Part shown: positions 48,100 through 58,046 of the stretch, in pieces
Layout of the letters: every line of letters begins with the position of its first letter
Position numbering within the stretch: the stretch's first letter is position 1
Origin: an uncultured delta proteobacterium
GTDB taxonomy: Bacteria > Myxococcota_A > UBA9160 > SMWR01
Direction: 5' to 3'
DNA: 64,000 nt
NCBI GenBank assembly: GCA_963832165.1
Contig: CAWHTE010000011.1
Coordinates: 888,763 to 952,762, forward strand
Translations under genes and position numbers: made by a program
Notes under the pieces: generated by a model
The model's input: the letters and a program-made list of their open reading frames with translations, nothing else
Told to the model about the DNA's origin: nothing
Database searches by the model: none

Positions 48100-49667
48100 A
48101 TCGCGCGCTCCTTGCCCTCCCAGTACGGATCGCGCAGCCGGCGCTTGAACAGCTTCCCGTTCGGGTCGCGCGGCAGCGCCGCGCTGAAGTCGATCGTCTT
48201 GGGCAGCTTGAACTTCGCGAGCCGCTCGCGGCAGAACGCGAGCAGCTCAGCGGCGAGCGCCTCCCCCGCGATCACGCCGGGCGCGGGCTCGACCACCGCC
48301 TTGATCTCCTCACCCCACTCCTCGTGCGGGATGCCGAACACGGCCACGTCTCCGACCTTCGGGTGCTCGAGGAAGACGTTCTCGATCTCGGCCGGGTAGA
48401 TGTTCGCTCCGCCCGAGATGATCATGTCGATCTTGCGATCGCACAGGAACAAATAACCTTCGTCGTTGAGATACCCGACGTCGCCCACCGTGAAGTAGAG
48501 CGTGTCGTCCTTCACGATCCGGTTCTTCTTCGTCTTCTGCTCGTCGCCCTTGTACTCGAACTTGCCGGTCTCGCCGAGCTTCATGTACACGGTGCCCTGA
48601 CCGCCCGTGGGTACGTCGTTGCCTTCGTCGTCGAAGATCCGGATCTCAGCGTTGGGCCACGGCTTGCCGACCGTGCCGGGATACTTCGTCCACTCCTGCG
48701 GCGTCACGAGCGTTCCGCCGCCCTCGGTGGCCGCGTAGTACTCGTACACCGAGTTGCCCCACCACTCGATCATGCGCCGCTTCACGTCGGGCGGGCAGGG
48801 TGCCGCTGCGTGGATCATGCAGCGCGTCGACGACACGTCGTACTTCGCGCGCACCTCCTCGGGCAAGAGCAGCATGCGGTGGAACTGCGTCGGCACCATG
48901 TGGCTGGTCGTCACGCGGTAGCGCTCGATCAGGTCGAGCGTCTCCTCGGCATCCCACTTGTCCATGAGCACCACGGTGTGCCCGAGGTGGAGCGAATTGC
49001 CCGAGTAGACGAGCACCGCGGTGTGGTAGAGCGGCGACCCGCACAGGTGGACGTTTCCGTCCTCGGGCTTGATCCCGAACATCTGCCAGATCACCGCCAT
49101 CATCTGCATGATCAGGTCGGGATCGACTTCTTTGGGCGCGAGCGCGCGCTTGACGCCCTTGGGCTTGCCCGTGGTGCCCGAGGTGTAGTTCATCACCGTG
49201 CCCGCAGCGCGGTCGGACGGCATCGAGGTGGGCTGTCCTTCGGTGAGCTCGGAGAACGCGCGGAAGCCGGGCACGTTGCCGATCGCGAAGCGGCCCTGCT
49301 TCGGAAACCCGATCTCCTCGGCCGCGCGCGAGCACTCGGCCGCGACGCGCTCGTGGCCGATGAAAGCCTTCGCGCCGCAGTCCCCCACGATGTAGGCGAC
49401 CTCGGGCGCGGCGAGATGGAAGTTGATCGGCGTGAGGTACCAGCCGGCCTGGAGGCACGCGAGGTAGATCGCGTAGAACTCGCCGCAGTTCGGCATGCAG
49501 ATCGCGACCGTGTCGCCGTGCGCGAGGCCGAGCGCGCGCAGCCCGTGCACGATGCGATTGCACTCGGCGAGCAGCTCGCCTCGCGTCCAGTGCCGCTCGT
49601 CCGGGTCGACGAGCGCGAGCGGGCGAGGGTCGCGCTGCGCGTAGGTCCAGAATCCGTGCTCGGCCAT
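48096..49667 (-). CDS. Acyl-CoA synthetase (AMP-binding)
   Basis: YTSGTTGKPKG, PLYH, EYYAATEG, GDVGY, DRK.DMIISGGANIYPAEIE, NGK. Confidence 0.93.
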   Translation of the reverse strand: MAEHGFWTYAQRDPRPLALVDPDERHWTRGELLAECNRIVHGLRALGLAHGDTVAICMPNCGEFYAIYLACLQAGWYLTPINFHLAAPEVAYIVGDCGAKAFIGHERVAAECSRAAEEIGFPKQGRFAIGNVPGFRAFSELTEGQPTSMPSDRAAGTVMNYTSGTTGKPKGVKRALAPKEVDPDLIMQMMAVIWQMFGIKPEDGNVHLCGSPLYHTAVLVYSGNSLHLGHTVVLMDKWDAEETLDLIERYRVTTSHMVPTQFHRMLLLPEEVRAKYDVSSTRCMIHAAAPCPPDVKRRMIEWWGNSVYEYYAATEGGGTLVTPQEWTKYPGTVGKPWPNAEIRIFDDEGNDVPTGGQGTVYMKLGETGKFEYKGDEQKTKKNRIVKDDTLYFTVGDVGYLNDEGYLFLCDRKIDMIISGGANIYPAEIENVFLEHPKVGDVAVFGIPHEEWGEEIKAVVEPAPGVIAGEALAAELLAFCRERLAKFKLPKTIDFSAALPRDPNGKLFKRRLRDPYWEGKERAI

Positions 49668-49757
49668 GAGGGTGCGTCTCCTCGGAGTGAGCGGCGGATA
49701 CTACCCGAGGCTCAGCGAGGCGGGGCCGAGTGGAGCGGCGAGCGGTTGCCGTTCCGG

Positions 49758-50339
49758 TCAGCGCTGGGGCGAGGCGAGGACGGGCGGGCGATCCGGGGAG
49801 ACGCGCTGGAACGCGCCCGCGTGATCCTTCTCGATCACCTCGACGATCTCGCCGTCCTTCATGGACACGACGTACTCGTCGACCTCGGGCTGCCCGAGAC
49901 GAGTCCTCGACGCGATCTGGAGGTCCACCAGCCAGCCCTGCCACTCGACCTCTCCGCCGCGCAGCAGGCCCTCGTTGAGATAGCCCTTCACCGGCTGGCC
50001 GAACGAGAAGCTCGCCGTTCTGCTCACGCGCTCGAATTGCAGCATGTGCTTGCGGATGGCGCTCGCGTAGTTCCGCGGAGCGGGCCCGTAGGCCTGGCTC
50101 TCCGGCTCCTCGTAGCCCTGCTTCACGCCGCGATAGGCCGTGCCCACGGAATCACCGATCGCCTCGGCGCTCCGGGCGGTAACGGCCGCCACCCGTCCGG
50201 TGCCGTCGCGCACGTCCGTCGTCAGCGTCTCGACGCGAGCGCCGGTGCCCTCGAGCGAGGTGCAGGCGCCGATCAGGAACGCGGCGATGAACAGGGCGAG
50301 TGTGTGCGCAATCACCATTCCGGTGAACCATCGGCGCAC
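49758..50339 (-). CDS. Hypothetical lipoprotein
   Basis: Lipobox IGA|C, YGP.P.NY...I..M, GW.V motif; fills the gap between recognised genes. Confidence 0.6.
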   Translation of the reverse strand: MRRWFTGMVIAHTLALFIAAFLIGACTSLEGTGARVETLTTDVRDGTGRVAAVTARSAEAIGDSVGTAYRGVKQGYEEPESQAYGPAPRNYASAIRKHMLQFERVSRTASFSFGQPVKGYLNEGLLRGGEVEWQGWLVDLQIASRTRLGQPEVDEYVVSMKDGEIVEVIEKDHAGAFQRVSPDRPPVLASPQR

Positions 50340-50416
50340 CCACCGTTGAAATTCGTGACGCTCGATTACGGCAGATCAGCGGCAGGCGACCGGCAGGCAG
50401 CCGTCCCAACCCGCCG

Positions 50417-51194
50417 TCATGCGTGGGGTCCGAGGTACTCGGACTCGAGCACGAGGTCCTTGAGCAGCGTCTGGTACTCGACGTGCGCATCGTGCTCGAC
50501 CGTGCGCCACGTCGCTGCCCTCGTTTGCCTTCATGTAGGCGTGGTACTTCGGCGCTCCGGGGATCTTCACGTTGTCGGCGACCACGAGCGATCCCGTGTG
50601 CAGCCAGCCGCGCTCGAGGATGCGCTCGAGATCCGGCAGGTAGGCGGCCTTGTCGTGATCGACGAACACGAAATCGAGCGATCCCGCCGCGAAGCCGTGC
50701 TCTGCCTCGAGTCTCGCGATCGTCTTGCCGCCGTCTCCGAGCGTGCCTACGACGACCGTGACGCGGTCGGCGACGCCGGCGTGCTCCCAGATCCGGTGCG
50801 CGATCTCCGCATTCGCAGGGCTGAACTCGATCGAGACGAGGTGGGCATCCGCGGGCATCACGCGAGCCGTGCGGAGCGCGCTGTAGCCGCAGTAGGTGCC
50901 GAGCTCGAGCAGCCGTCGCGGCCGGGCGCGGACGATCGCGCGGTCGAGGATCTCGCCCTTCTCGTCGCCGACGTTCATCATGATCGCCTTGCGGTAGCAG
51001 AAGTCGTCGACCGCGCGGATCGCGTCGTCGAGGTCGCCCTTGCGCGCGTTCGCGACGACGTGCCGCGCGAGCGCCTCCTCGCGGCCGTCACCGACCTGCC
51101 AGTTCGTGAGCAGATTCCTCGCGCCGAGCGCAAAGCGCCAGACCGACCAGCGCAGGAACGGCAGTCGCTTGCCGATTTCGGAGAATCCGCTCAC
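50417..51194 (-). CDS. Catechol O-methyltransferase-like SAM-dependent methyltransferase, apparent frameshift near 50515
   Basis: MNVGDEKG.ILD, LELGTYCGYSA, F.DHDK..Y, VADNV..PGAP.Y; C-terminus (HVEYQT..KD) in the shifted frame. Confidence 0.85.
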
Positions 51195-51219
51195 GTCGTC
51201 CTCCTCCGCACGATCGCAG

Positions 51220-51606
51220 CTACTTCATCTTGGCGAGCAGCTCGCCCATCTTCTGATGCAGGACGTTGATCGCCTTGAGCGGCCGCACCAGGACCTTGAA
51301 GTCCACGATGCGACCCGCGTCGTCCCAGCGGATCAGGTCGACGCCGTTGATCGTGATGCCGTCGATCTCGGTATGGAACTCGAGCAGCGCGTCGCGCTCG
51401 CCGCGGATCTCCCGTTCGTAGCGGAAGGCCGGCGTGCCTAGCACCTCCATCGCCCCGCGCAGGTAGAGGAGCGTGACCGCCTTGCCGCGCTGCGGTGTGT
51501 GGACCACGGGCGAGTGGAAGGTCACGTCGTCGGCGAGCAGTGCGTCGAGTGCGCCGGGATCCCGGCTCTCGACGAAGCGATGCCAGGCATCGATCGGATG
51601 GGTCAT
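51220..51606 (-). CDS. SnoaL-like/NTF2 family protein
   Basis: LLADDV.FHSPVV.TPQ.G, LEF...IDG..INGVD, FKV.VRPLKA. Confidence 0.85.
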   Translation of the reverse strand: MTHPIDAWHRFVESRDPGALDALLADDVTFHSPVVHTPQRGKAVTLLYLRGAMEVLGTPAFRYEREIRGERDALLEFHTEIDGITINGVDLIRWDDAGRIVDFKVLVRPLKAINVLHQKMGELLAKMK

Positions 51607-51631
51607 CGGCGTTCCTCGTCGGTTCGAGCGC

Positions 51632-52778
51632 TCAGATCTTGTAGACCCGCCGCACGTTCTCGCCGAGCACGGCGTCGCGCGTCGACGGGGAGAGCGGCGC
51701 CACGAAGCGTTCGAGCGAGCGCGCCCAGCTTCCCGGGTGGTCGGGGTGGGGGTAGTCGGTGGCCCACATGAAGCACTGCGCGCCGACCGCATCGATGATG
51801 TGCGGCGCCGCCTTCTCGTCGGGATCACCGGAGATGAAGCACTGGCGGCGGAAATACTCCGAGGGCGGCATTCGCAGCGGCACGCCCTTCGCGGAGATCG
51901 TCTCGAACGCCGCGTCCATGCGGTCGAGGAACGAGCCGACCCAGCCGCAGCCCACTTCGAGCACGCCGAGGCGCAGCGCGGGGAAGCGCTCGAGCGTTCC
52001 CATCGTGAAGAACGACAGGAACGCCTGCTGCGATCCCTGGCGGCCCATCACGTTGTAGAAGTACTCGCGCTCGCGGCCCATGAAGTGGAAGCGGGTCGGG
52101 ATCGCGAAGGTGGGCTCGTAGGTCGGGTGGATCGCGATCGGGACGTCGAGCTCGACCGCCGTGCGGTAGAGCGCATCGTGATCGGGATGGCCATGCGGCT
52201 TGCGCGTGTGCGTGAAGGGCGCGACCCATCCGCCGCGACAACCGTCGGCCACCGCGCGCCGCAGCTCCTGCGCGGTCGGCCTCGGGATCGAAGAGCGAGA
52301 GATGCGCGACGGGCACGAGGCGTCCACCCGAGTCGCGGCAGAAGTCGGCGATCCAGCGGTTGTAGGCGCGCTGATAGGCGAGCGTGATCTCCGCGTCGGT
52401 CACCTCGCACTCCCAGAGCAGGGAGAGCGTCGGGTAGAGCACGGCCTTGTCGAGGTTCTCCTGGTCGAGGAGCGCGACGCGCTCCTTCGCGTCGCCGCCG
52501 CCGAACGGGATGTGGTCCATGTAGCGGCGCTCGGGACCGCGCCTCACCTCGAGATCGCCCATGGCACCGAGCAGGCCCAGCACGCCCTTGGTCGTGCGTT
52601 CGGAGGGGCGCGCGTCGAGCTCGAGGTATTCGAGGCCGTCGGAATCGGTCCGGATGCGCAGCGCGCGATCGCGGTAGCGCTCCTCGAGGTACTCGCTCCA
52701 GAGCCAGTCCGGCTCGAGCACGTGGCCGTCGGCGTCGATGGTGCGGTCGTAGGGGAAGCGGACGATCTCGTAGGGCAT
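51632..52778 (-). CDS. Amidohydrolase_2 family protein, apparent frameshift near 52280
   Basis: IDADGH..EP, VLYPT, AYNRW..DFC in the first frame; IHP, LE.G.GW, WATDYPHPD, LGEN in the second. Confidence 0.82.
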
Positions 52779-52790
52779 GGATCCTCTCGA

Positions 52791-53390
52791 CTAGGGCGTG
52801 CGCGTCGGCCGCCGCCGCAGCTGCGCCGCCCCGCTCGCAGCGAGACCACAGGCCCCGAGCAGCCAGAGCAGCGGAGTCGCGATGGGAATCCCGGGCGGCG
52901 CCGTGACCGAGCCCTGCACACCCGCGAAGTTGATCGGGTTGTTCACGATCACGCTCAGCTCGCCCGTGATCAGGTCGCGGTCGATCGAGTGGATACCGTC
53001 CGTGGGCAGCGCTCCCGTCTGCAGCGTGACGATGTCGGTAGTCCCCCGGTAGCGCAGCGTGTCGCTGCCGGGATGAAAGAAGTGGTCGGGCATGATGTAG
53101 TCGGGCGTCGGCGCGCCCGGCAGTGCCGCAAAGCCCTGCGTGGCGATGAGCAGCCAGCGGTCCGCAGTCGGGCCCGGCAGATCGTTGGGAAACGGGAAGG
53201 TATGCGCATTCGAGACGATCTGGGTTGCGCTCATCTGCGTCTCCAGGTCGCTGCCGCAGCACTCCTGCATCTCGATGAACTGGATCGTGCCATCGCGATT
53301 GCTGAAGAACTCGGTGAACCTCCAGAGGTGATTCTTTGCCTGACACGGCAGCGCGAGGAAGAGCAGCGCGATGACGATGCGCAGCCTCAT
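52791..53390 (-). CDS. Secreted protein with lamin-tail-like N-domain and C-terminal IPTL/PEP-CTERM-like anchor
   Basis: Signal peptide, W...E.FSN.DG..QFIE, P.NFAG..G, then IPIATP + hydrophobic helix + RRR. Confidence 0.65.
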   Translation of the reverse strand: MRLRIVIALLFLALPCQAKNHLWRFTEFFSNRDGTIQFIEMQECCGSDLETQMSATQIVSNAHTFPFPNDLPGPTADRWLLIATQGFAALPGAPTPDYIMPDHFFHPGSDTLRYRGTTDIVTLQTGALPTDGIHSIDRDLITGELSVIVNNPINFAGVQGSVTAPPGIPIATPLLWLLGACGLAASGAAQLRRRPTRTP

Positions 53391-53414
53391 GATTGCCATC
53401 GTACGCCTGGGAGG

Positions 53415-54200
53415 CGCCTCTCGTCGAGGCGTCTCGCGGCGGTCGCGGTGCTGGCCGCGGCCGCGTGTTCGCGTGCCACGGACGAGCGCCCGCGCGCCGT
53501 CTCGCTCCTGCCACAGGGCATGCGCGCGCTCGCGAACCTGGGTCTCTCGGACCGCGTCGTGCCCGCCGAACGCATCGGGGAAGCCGACCTGATCCTGGCT
53601 CCGCCGTCCGAGCCCGGAGACGAGTCGCAGCGGGCCGCGCTGAGCGCGGGCGGCGCCCTTGTGCTCGAGGTTGCGCCGCACCAGTTCGATGAGGCGTTCG
53701 CGCTCTATCGCGAGATCGGCGCCGCGCTCGGCGAGCCAGAGCGCGGCCGCGACACGGCGGCCCGGCTCGGCGATCCGCTCGCGCGCATCTCCGCCGCGCA
53801 GCTCGGCAAACGCCGCCCGCTCGTCGCGGCGCTCGTCTCGCTCGTCCCGCTCGAGCTCGCTGGGGGACACAGCTTCATGAGCGATCTCATCGAGGTGGCG
53901 GGCGCCGAGTCACTCACACACGCGAACGAGGTGCCGCGCTTGCCCGCCCGCGTCGACGAGATCCGCGCGGCATCACCGGAGCTCGTCGTCGTTGCGCTGA
54001 CCCCGCTGCCCGACCGCGCGGCCCGGGCGACCGTCGAAAGCTGGTTCGCGCCGACGCCGGTCGCGTTCCTCGCGCTCGAACCCGAAGCGCTCTGGCTCGA
54101 CGGCGCGCTCGACGCCGCTACCGAACTCGCGCAGCGCATCGAAACGCAAATCAGACGCGCGCGGGACGGAAGCGAACGGGCATCCGGCGCGGACCGTTGA
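53415..54200 (+). CDS. ABC transporter substrate-binding lipoprotein, BtuF/helical-backbone-like; start not identified
   Basis: AAA|C lipobox, RAVSLLP, AGGHSFMSDLIEVAGA, PELVV; no canonical start codon found in frame. Confidence 0.6.
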   Translation, partial: RLSSRRLAAVAVLAAAACSRATDERPRAVSLLPQGMRALANLGLSDRVVPAERIGEADLILAPPSEPGDESQRAALSAGGALVLEVAPHQFDEAFALYREIGAALGEPERGRDTAARLGDPLARISAAQLGKRRPLVAALVSLVPLELAGGHSFMSDLIEVAGAESLTHANEVPRLPARVDEIRAASPELVVVALTPLPDRAARATVESWFAPTPVAFLALEPEALWLDGALDAATELAQRIETQIRRARDGSERASGADR

Positions 54201-55344
54201 TGAACCACGAGTGGAGGCGTTCGACCGGGCCGTTCGGCTCGACCTCGTGCACGCGGTCGAGCAGCTCGTCGAACATGCAGCGGATCTCGAGCCGCGCGAG
54301 GCTCGCGCCCAGGCAGAAGTGCGCGCCGCCTCCACCGAACGCCACGTGCGGGTTCGGGTCGCGGCGGATGTCGAAGCGGTCGGGCTCCGCGAACACCTCC
54401 TCGTCGCGGTTCGCGGACGGATAGAAGATCACCACGGGCTCGCCCGCGCGGATCTTCGTGCCGCGCAGCTCCGTGTCGCGCGTCGCGGTGCGCTGGAACT
54501 GCACGACGGGCGTGGTGAACCGCAGCATCTCCTCGATCGCGCCAGCGAGCAGCGTGCGGTCCGCGCGCAGCGCGGCGAGCTGCTCGGGGTGATCCATGAG
54601 CGCCTGCATGCCCGAGGCGACGAGATTGCGCGTGGTATCGCCCCCCGCGTTGATGAGCAGCAGGAAGAACAGGTCGAATTCGAGATCGGAGAGCCGCGAG
54701 CCGTCGATCTCCGCCTCGAGCAGCACGCTCGCGAGGTCGCTGCCGGGCCGCGCGCGCTTGGCGGTCCGCACGCCGGCCGAGTAGGCGAACATCTCGGCCA
54801 CCGCGTCCGCTGCTTCGCGGGCGTTGCCCGCGCTGTGCATGACTTCCGTGAGCTCGTAGAGCTTGCGGCCGTCGTCGAGCGGGATCCCGACGAGCTCGGC
54901 GATCAGGTAGGAGGGCAGCTCGCCCGCGATGTCGGTGACGAAGTCGCATTCACCGCGCGGCAGCACCGCGTCGACGATCCGGCGGCACAGCTCGCGGATG
55001 CGCGGCTCGAGGCGCGCCACCCGGCGCGGCGTGAAGCCGCGATTCACGAGCCCGCGCAGGCGCGTGTGGGCGGGCGGGTCCATCCCGAGCAGCATCAGGC
55101 GCGATTGCTCGAGGTCGATCGGATCCGGCTCGGGCGTGGGCATGTAGCCCTTCAGCGACGAGGAGAACAGCGCCGGATCGCGCGACACCGCGACGACGTC
55201 GGCATGCCGGGTGATCGCCCAGAAGCCTCCTGCGTGAGCGTGGGGGTGCCACCAGACGGGGGCCTCGCGGCGCAGCGTGCGGAACGCGTCGTACGGCGGG
55301 CCGGAGATGAAGTTCGCCGCGTCGAGCAGGTCCGGGATCTGCAT
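54151..55344 (-). CDS. Cytochrome P450 (CYP125/CYP124-like)
   Basis: MDPP.H.RLR, AGGDTT I-helix, EEMLR (ExxR), FGGGGAHFCLGA heme Cys. Confidence 0.92.
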   Translation of the reverse strand: MQIPDLLDAANFISGPPYDAFRTLRREAPVWWHPHAHAGGFWAITRHADVVAVSRDPALFSSSLKGYMPTPEPDPIDLEQSRLMLLGMDPPAHTRLRGLVNRGFTPRRVARLEPRIRELCRRIVDAVLPRGECDFVTDIAGELPSYLIAELVGIPLDDGRKLYELTEVMHSAGNAREAADAVAEMFAYSAGVRTAKRARPGSDLASVLLEAEIDGSRLSDLEFDLFFLLLINAGGDTTRNLVASGMQALMDHPEQLAALRADRTLLAGAIEEMLRFTTPVVQFQRTATRDTELRGTKIRAGEPVVIFYPSANRDEEVFAEPDRFDIRRDPNPHVAFGGGGAHFCLGASLARLEIRCMFDELLDRVHEVEPNGPVERLHSWFINGPRRMPVRFRPARV

Positions 55345-55452
55345 CTGCGCGATGATGCCTCTTGTCGATTGCATCCGCGCACCTCGTAGTATTTTCGGCG
55401 TCGACCTGGGGTTCGACTCATCTCATCGATAGATCTCATCGAGAGGGCAACC

Positions 55453-55755
55453 ATGAAGACATCGACGTTCCGCGGATTCGGTCTCGCCATCGTGGGCATG
55501 GCTCTTCTTTATGGCGGTCCTGCGACCGCAAAAGACAAATACGTCGAGTGCATCGACCCCGACTTCGGCAAGTCGTGCATGGAGTGCAATCAGGGCGGAA
55601 CGCAGGTCTGCTGCCCCGAGCACGGGACCTGCACCGTGAACAAGCTGATCGGCGATTCCGGCTCCGATCCGTCGGTCTCCGCCCGGGTGTCGGCCGCGCA
55701 TCAGTGCGCGAACGACGATTCGCGGGGCGACGACGGGACTTCGCTTTCGCGCTGA
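55453..55755 (+). CDS. Small secreted cysteine-rich protein
   Basis: SD-like GAGAGGG, signal peptide ending ATA|K, 7 Cys in the mature part. Confidence 0.6.
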   Translation: MKTSTFRGFGLAIVGMALLYGGPATAKDKYVECIDPDFGKSCMECNQGGTQVCCPEHGTCTVNKLIGDSGSDPSVSARVSAAHQCANDDSRGDDGTSLSR

Positions 55756-55761
55756 ACCGGG

Positions 55762-56814
55762 TCAGGTCCGCAGCGCCGGCAGCACTTCGCGCACGAAGCG
55801 CGCCTCCGCGGCGCGCGCGCGATCGCGGTCGGCTCCGAGCGACGCTCCGACGATCATGAAGCGCTCGATCCCGAGCGCCATCAGCTCGCGCAGCCGCGCG
55901 ATCGCGAGGGCGGGCGGCCCGTACACCGCGAAGCGCTGCGCGAAGTCGTCGTCCAGCAGTGCGGCCTGCTGACTGCCCGTGCGCGCGTGGTGGGTCATGT
56001 CGTAGGCGTCGTGCACCTTGCGCAACAGCGCGCGGTCGGCCTCGGAAGCGGGACCCACCGGCGTGCCATGCATCGCCGAGAAGCGCGCGAATAGCGCGAG
56101 GCCGCCTTCGCCGAGCCGGCGCGCCTGCTCGGGGTCGTCGTCGACGACGACGTTGAGCCACGCGCCGAGCGAGATGCCGGCCGGATCGAGGCCGGCTTCG
56201 CGGCGCGCGGTGCGCGCCGTCTCGATCGCCCAGCGCAGGCGGGCGGGATCGGCGCCGACCGCGAAGGTCACGCGCTCGGCCAGGCGCGCGGCGATCGCGA
56301 TCATGCGCGGGCCGGTCGCCGCGACGTCTACGGGCACTTTGGGCAGCTCGCGCGGCAGCCAGTTGAGGCGGCTCGCGCGCGGCGCGTCGGCGAGGCCCAG
56401 CGATCCCAGGTTCGCGTCGGCCTCGAACGGAACCTCGTCCCCGCGCAGATAGCCCTGGATCCGCGCGAGCGCGTGCTCGAAGACCGCCGGTGGTGCGGGT
56501 GCATAGCCGAGGTGCGCGAGCGCAGAGTCGCCGCGGCCGATGCCGAGCACCGCGCGCGCGCCCGACTCGGCGTGTACGGCCGCGATCGCGGCGGCGGTCG
56601 CCGCGGGGTGACGCGTGACCGGGTTGGTGACGCCGGTGCCGAGTCGCAGGCGCGTGGTCGCCTTCGCGGCGAGCGCGAGGCCGACATAGCAATCGCCGGC
56701 CAGGTTCTGCGAATCGACCAGCGCGAGGCCGTCGTAGCCGACCTGCTCGACGGCGGCCGCGTGGCGCGCCGCGACCCCGGGGAACCCGGCACCCGTGGCC
56801 CAGACTTCCAGCAT
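55762..56814 (-). CDS. LLM-class flavin/F420-dependent oxidoreductase
   Basis: DSQN, LGTGVTNP.TRHPA, LGIGRGDS, AATGP.M...A. Confidence 0.85.
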   Translation of the reverse strand: MLEVWATGAGFPGVAARHAAAVEQVGYDGLALVDSQNLAGDCYVGLALAAKATTRLRLGTGVTNPVTRHPAATAAAIAAVHAESGARAVLGIGRGDSALAHLGYAPAPPAVFEHALARIQGYLRGDEVPFEADANLGSLGLADAPRASRLNWLPRELPKVPVDVAATGPRMIAIAARLAERVTFAVGADPARLRWAIETARTARREAGLDPAGISLGAWLNVVVDDDPEQARRLGEGGLALFARFSAMHGTPVGPASEADRALLRKVHDAYDMTHHARTGSQQAALLDDDFAQRFAVYGPPALAIARLRELMALGIERFMIVGASLGADRDRARAAEARFVREVLPALRT

Positions 56815-56844
56815 GAGCGGAGGGCATAGCACGCGCACGGGCGC

Positions 56845-57465
56845 TCAGGGAACGGTGTACGTGTCGGTGGCCTCGCCGATGCGCTCGAGCGTGACGGTCT
56901 GGTGGCCGAGATCCGGGCGCGTCCACAGCATGCGGCCGTCGGGCTCGAGCCTGCGCGTCACCTCGATCCAGGGGATCGTCACGGGAATCCAGCGGATCAA
57001 TAGCGGTCGCAGTACGAACACACCGTCTTCGTAGGACGCGATGGCGACGATGGGAGTCTCGAAGTCGAGCGCGGAGACTTCGTGCACGGCGTTCTTCTCG
57101 GTGCCGTCCGCGCGCGCGTCGGCGATCTGGCCGTGTCCCATCGCGACGATCCGGTTGCCGCACTGCTCGATGCGCTCCGCGTAGCCGTACATCGGATGGT
57201 CGGGCGGCAGCGGCTTGCCATCCCGCACCACGTGCACCGCCTTCCAGATGCCGCGCAGGTCCGGCGCCCCTTCGACGAGCGGTTCGGCGCAGGTGGCGAG
57301 CACGGGTGCCGGGAACGTCTTGCCGTAGCCGCCCTTGGGCGTGTGCGCGACCGGGATGTCGTCGGCCATGACGACGCCGCGGGCCGGCGTCGCCGCGAGG
57401 CCAGTGATCGCGGCCAGGACGCCGCCGATCGCGCGCGCACGCGCGCGCTGGCCAATCGGGTTCAT
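56845..57465 (-). CDS. Hypothetical secreted protein
   Basis: Signal-like N-terminus, IPVA.TP.GGY, PDLRG.W, ERIEQCG.R; ATG overlaps the upstream stop. Confidence 0.6.
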   Translation of the reverse strand: MNPIGQRARARAIGGVLAAITGLAATPARGVVMADDIPVAHTPKGGYGKTFPAPVLATCAEPLVEGAPDLRGIWKAVHVVRDGKPLPPDHPMYGYAERIEQCGNRIVAMGHGQIADARADGTEKNAVHEVSALDFETPIVAIASYEDGVFVLRPLLIRWIPVTIPWIEVTRRLEPDGRMLWTRPDLGHQTVTLERIGEATDTYTVP

Positions 57466-57989
57466 GCCGGGCGGCGCTTCGCCCAGCCCGTGTCGTGCGG
57501 AGCCATGAACACCACGTCGAGCTTCATGTGCGTGTGGAGCCAGACGCCGTCGGTGCGCGCGTACTGGTCGTGTTCGACGCCGGCCATCCACATCGCGCGG
57601 CCCTCGGCGGTGGTGCAGGGCGAAAGGATGTCCCAGCTGCCGCGCGCGCGGTCGCCGTCCACCTCGATGTGCGGCTTCAAGAAGAAGTGCCACGAGAAGG
57701 AGAGGGTGGGCTCGCACATCCGCTTGAAGATCGCCTCGCGCCCCTCGCACAGGCCGAGCGCTGCGCCCCCGTCCCAGATGCCGTCGGGCGTGAACGTCTC
57801 CGCGATCGAGCGCGCCGCGGCCTCGAGCCGCTGCCGATCGACGACGCCGGCTCCGCGCGGGAGGTAACGCGCGTCCACGAGCTGCGCGTAGCGCGCCTTG
57901 AGCCGCTGGATCGCCTGGACGTCCTCGGTCGCGCGCAGCCGCGTCTCGAGCGCGTCGATCCGGCGGGTGAGCTCCTCGACGGTGGGCAT
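57462..57989 (-). CDS. SnoaL_4/NTF2-like (BaiE/scytalone dehydratase-like) protein
   Basis: ED..AI..LKARY...D, F..DG.WD, H....P.IEVDGD.A.G.W, D.Y...DG.W. Confidence 0.82.
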   Translation of the reverse strand: MPTVEELTRRIDALETRLRATEDVQAIQRLKARYAQLVDARYLPRGAGVVDRQRLEAAARSIAETFTPDGIWDGGAALGLCEGREAIFKRMCEPTLSFSWHFFLKPHIEVDGDRARGSWDILSPCTTAEGRAMWMAGVEHDQYARTDGVWLHTHMKLDVVFMAPHDTGWAKRRPA

Positions 57990-58046
57990 GGTTCCCCCTC
58001 TATATGGCGCCCACGGCGTAGCACAGCAATAATCCGACGCCCGCCT

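Noticed and set aside
11060..52290. Programmed ribosomal frameshifting or phase variation at the broken genes
   Set aside because: No slippery heptamers or long simple-sequence tracts at the junctions, and the families are not known for recoding.
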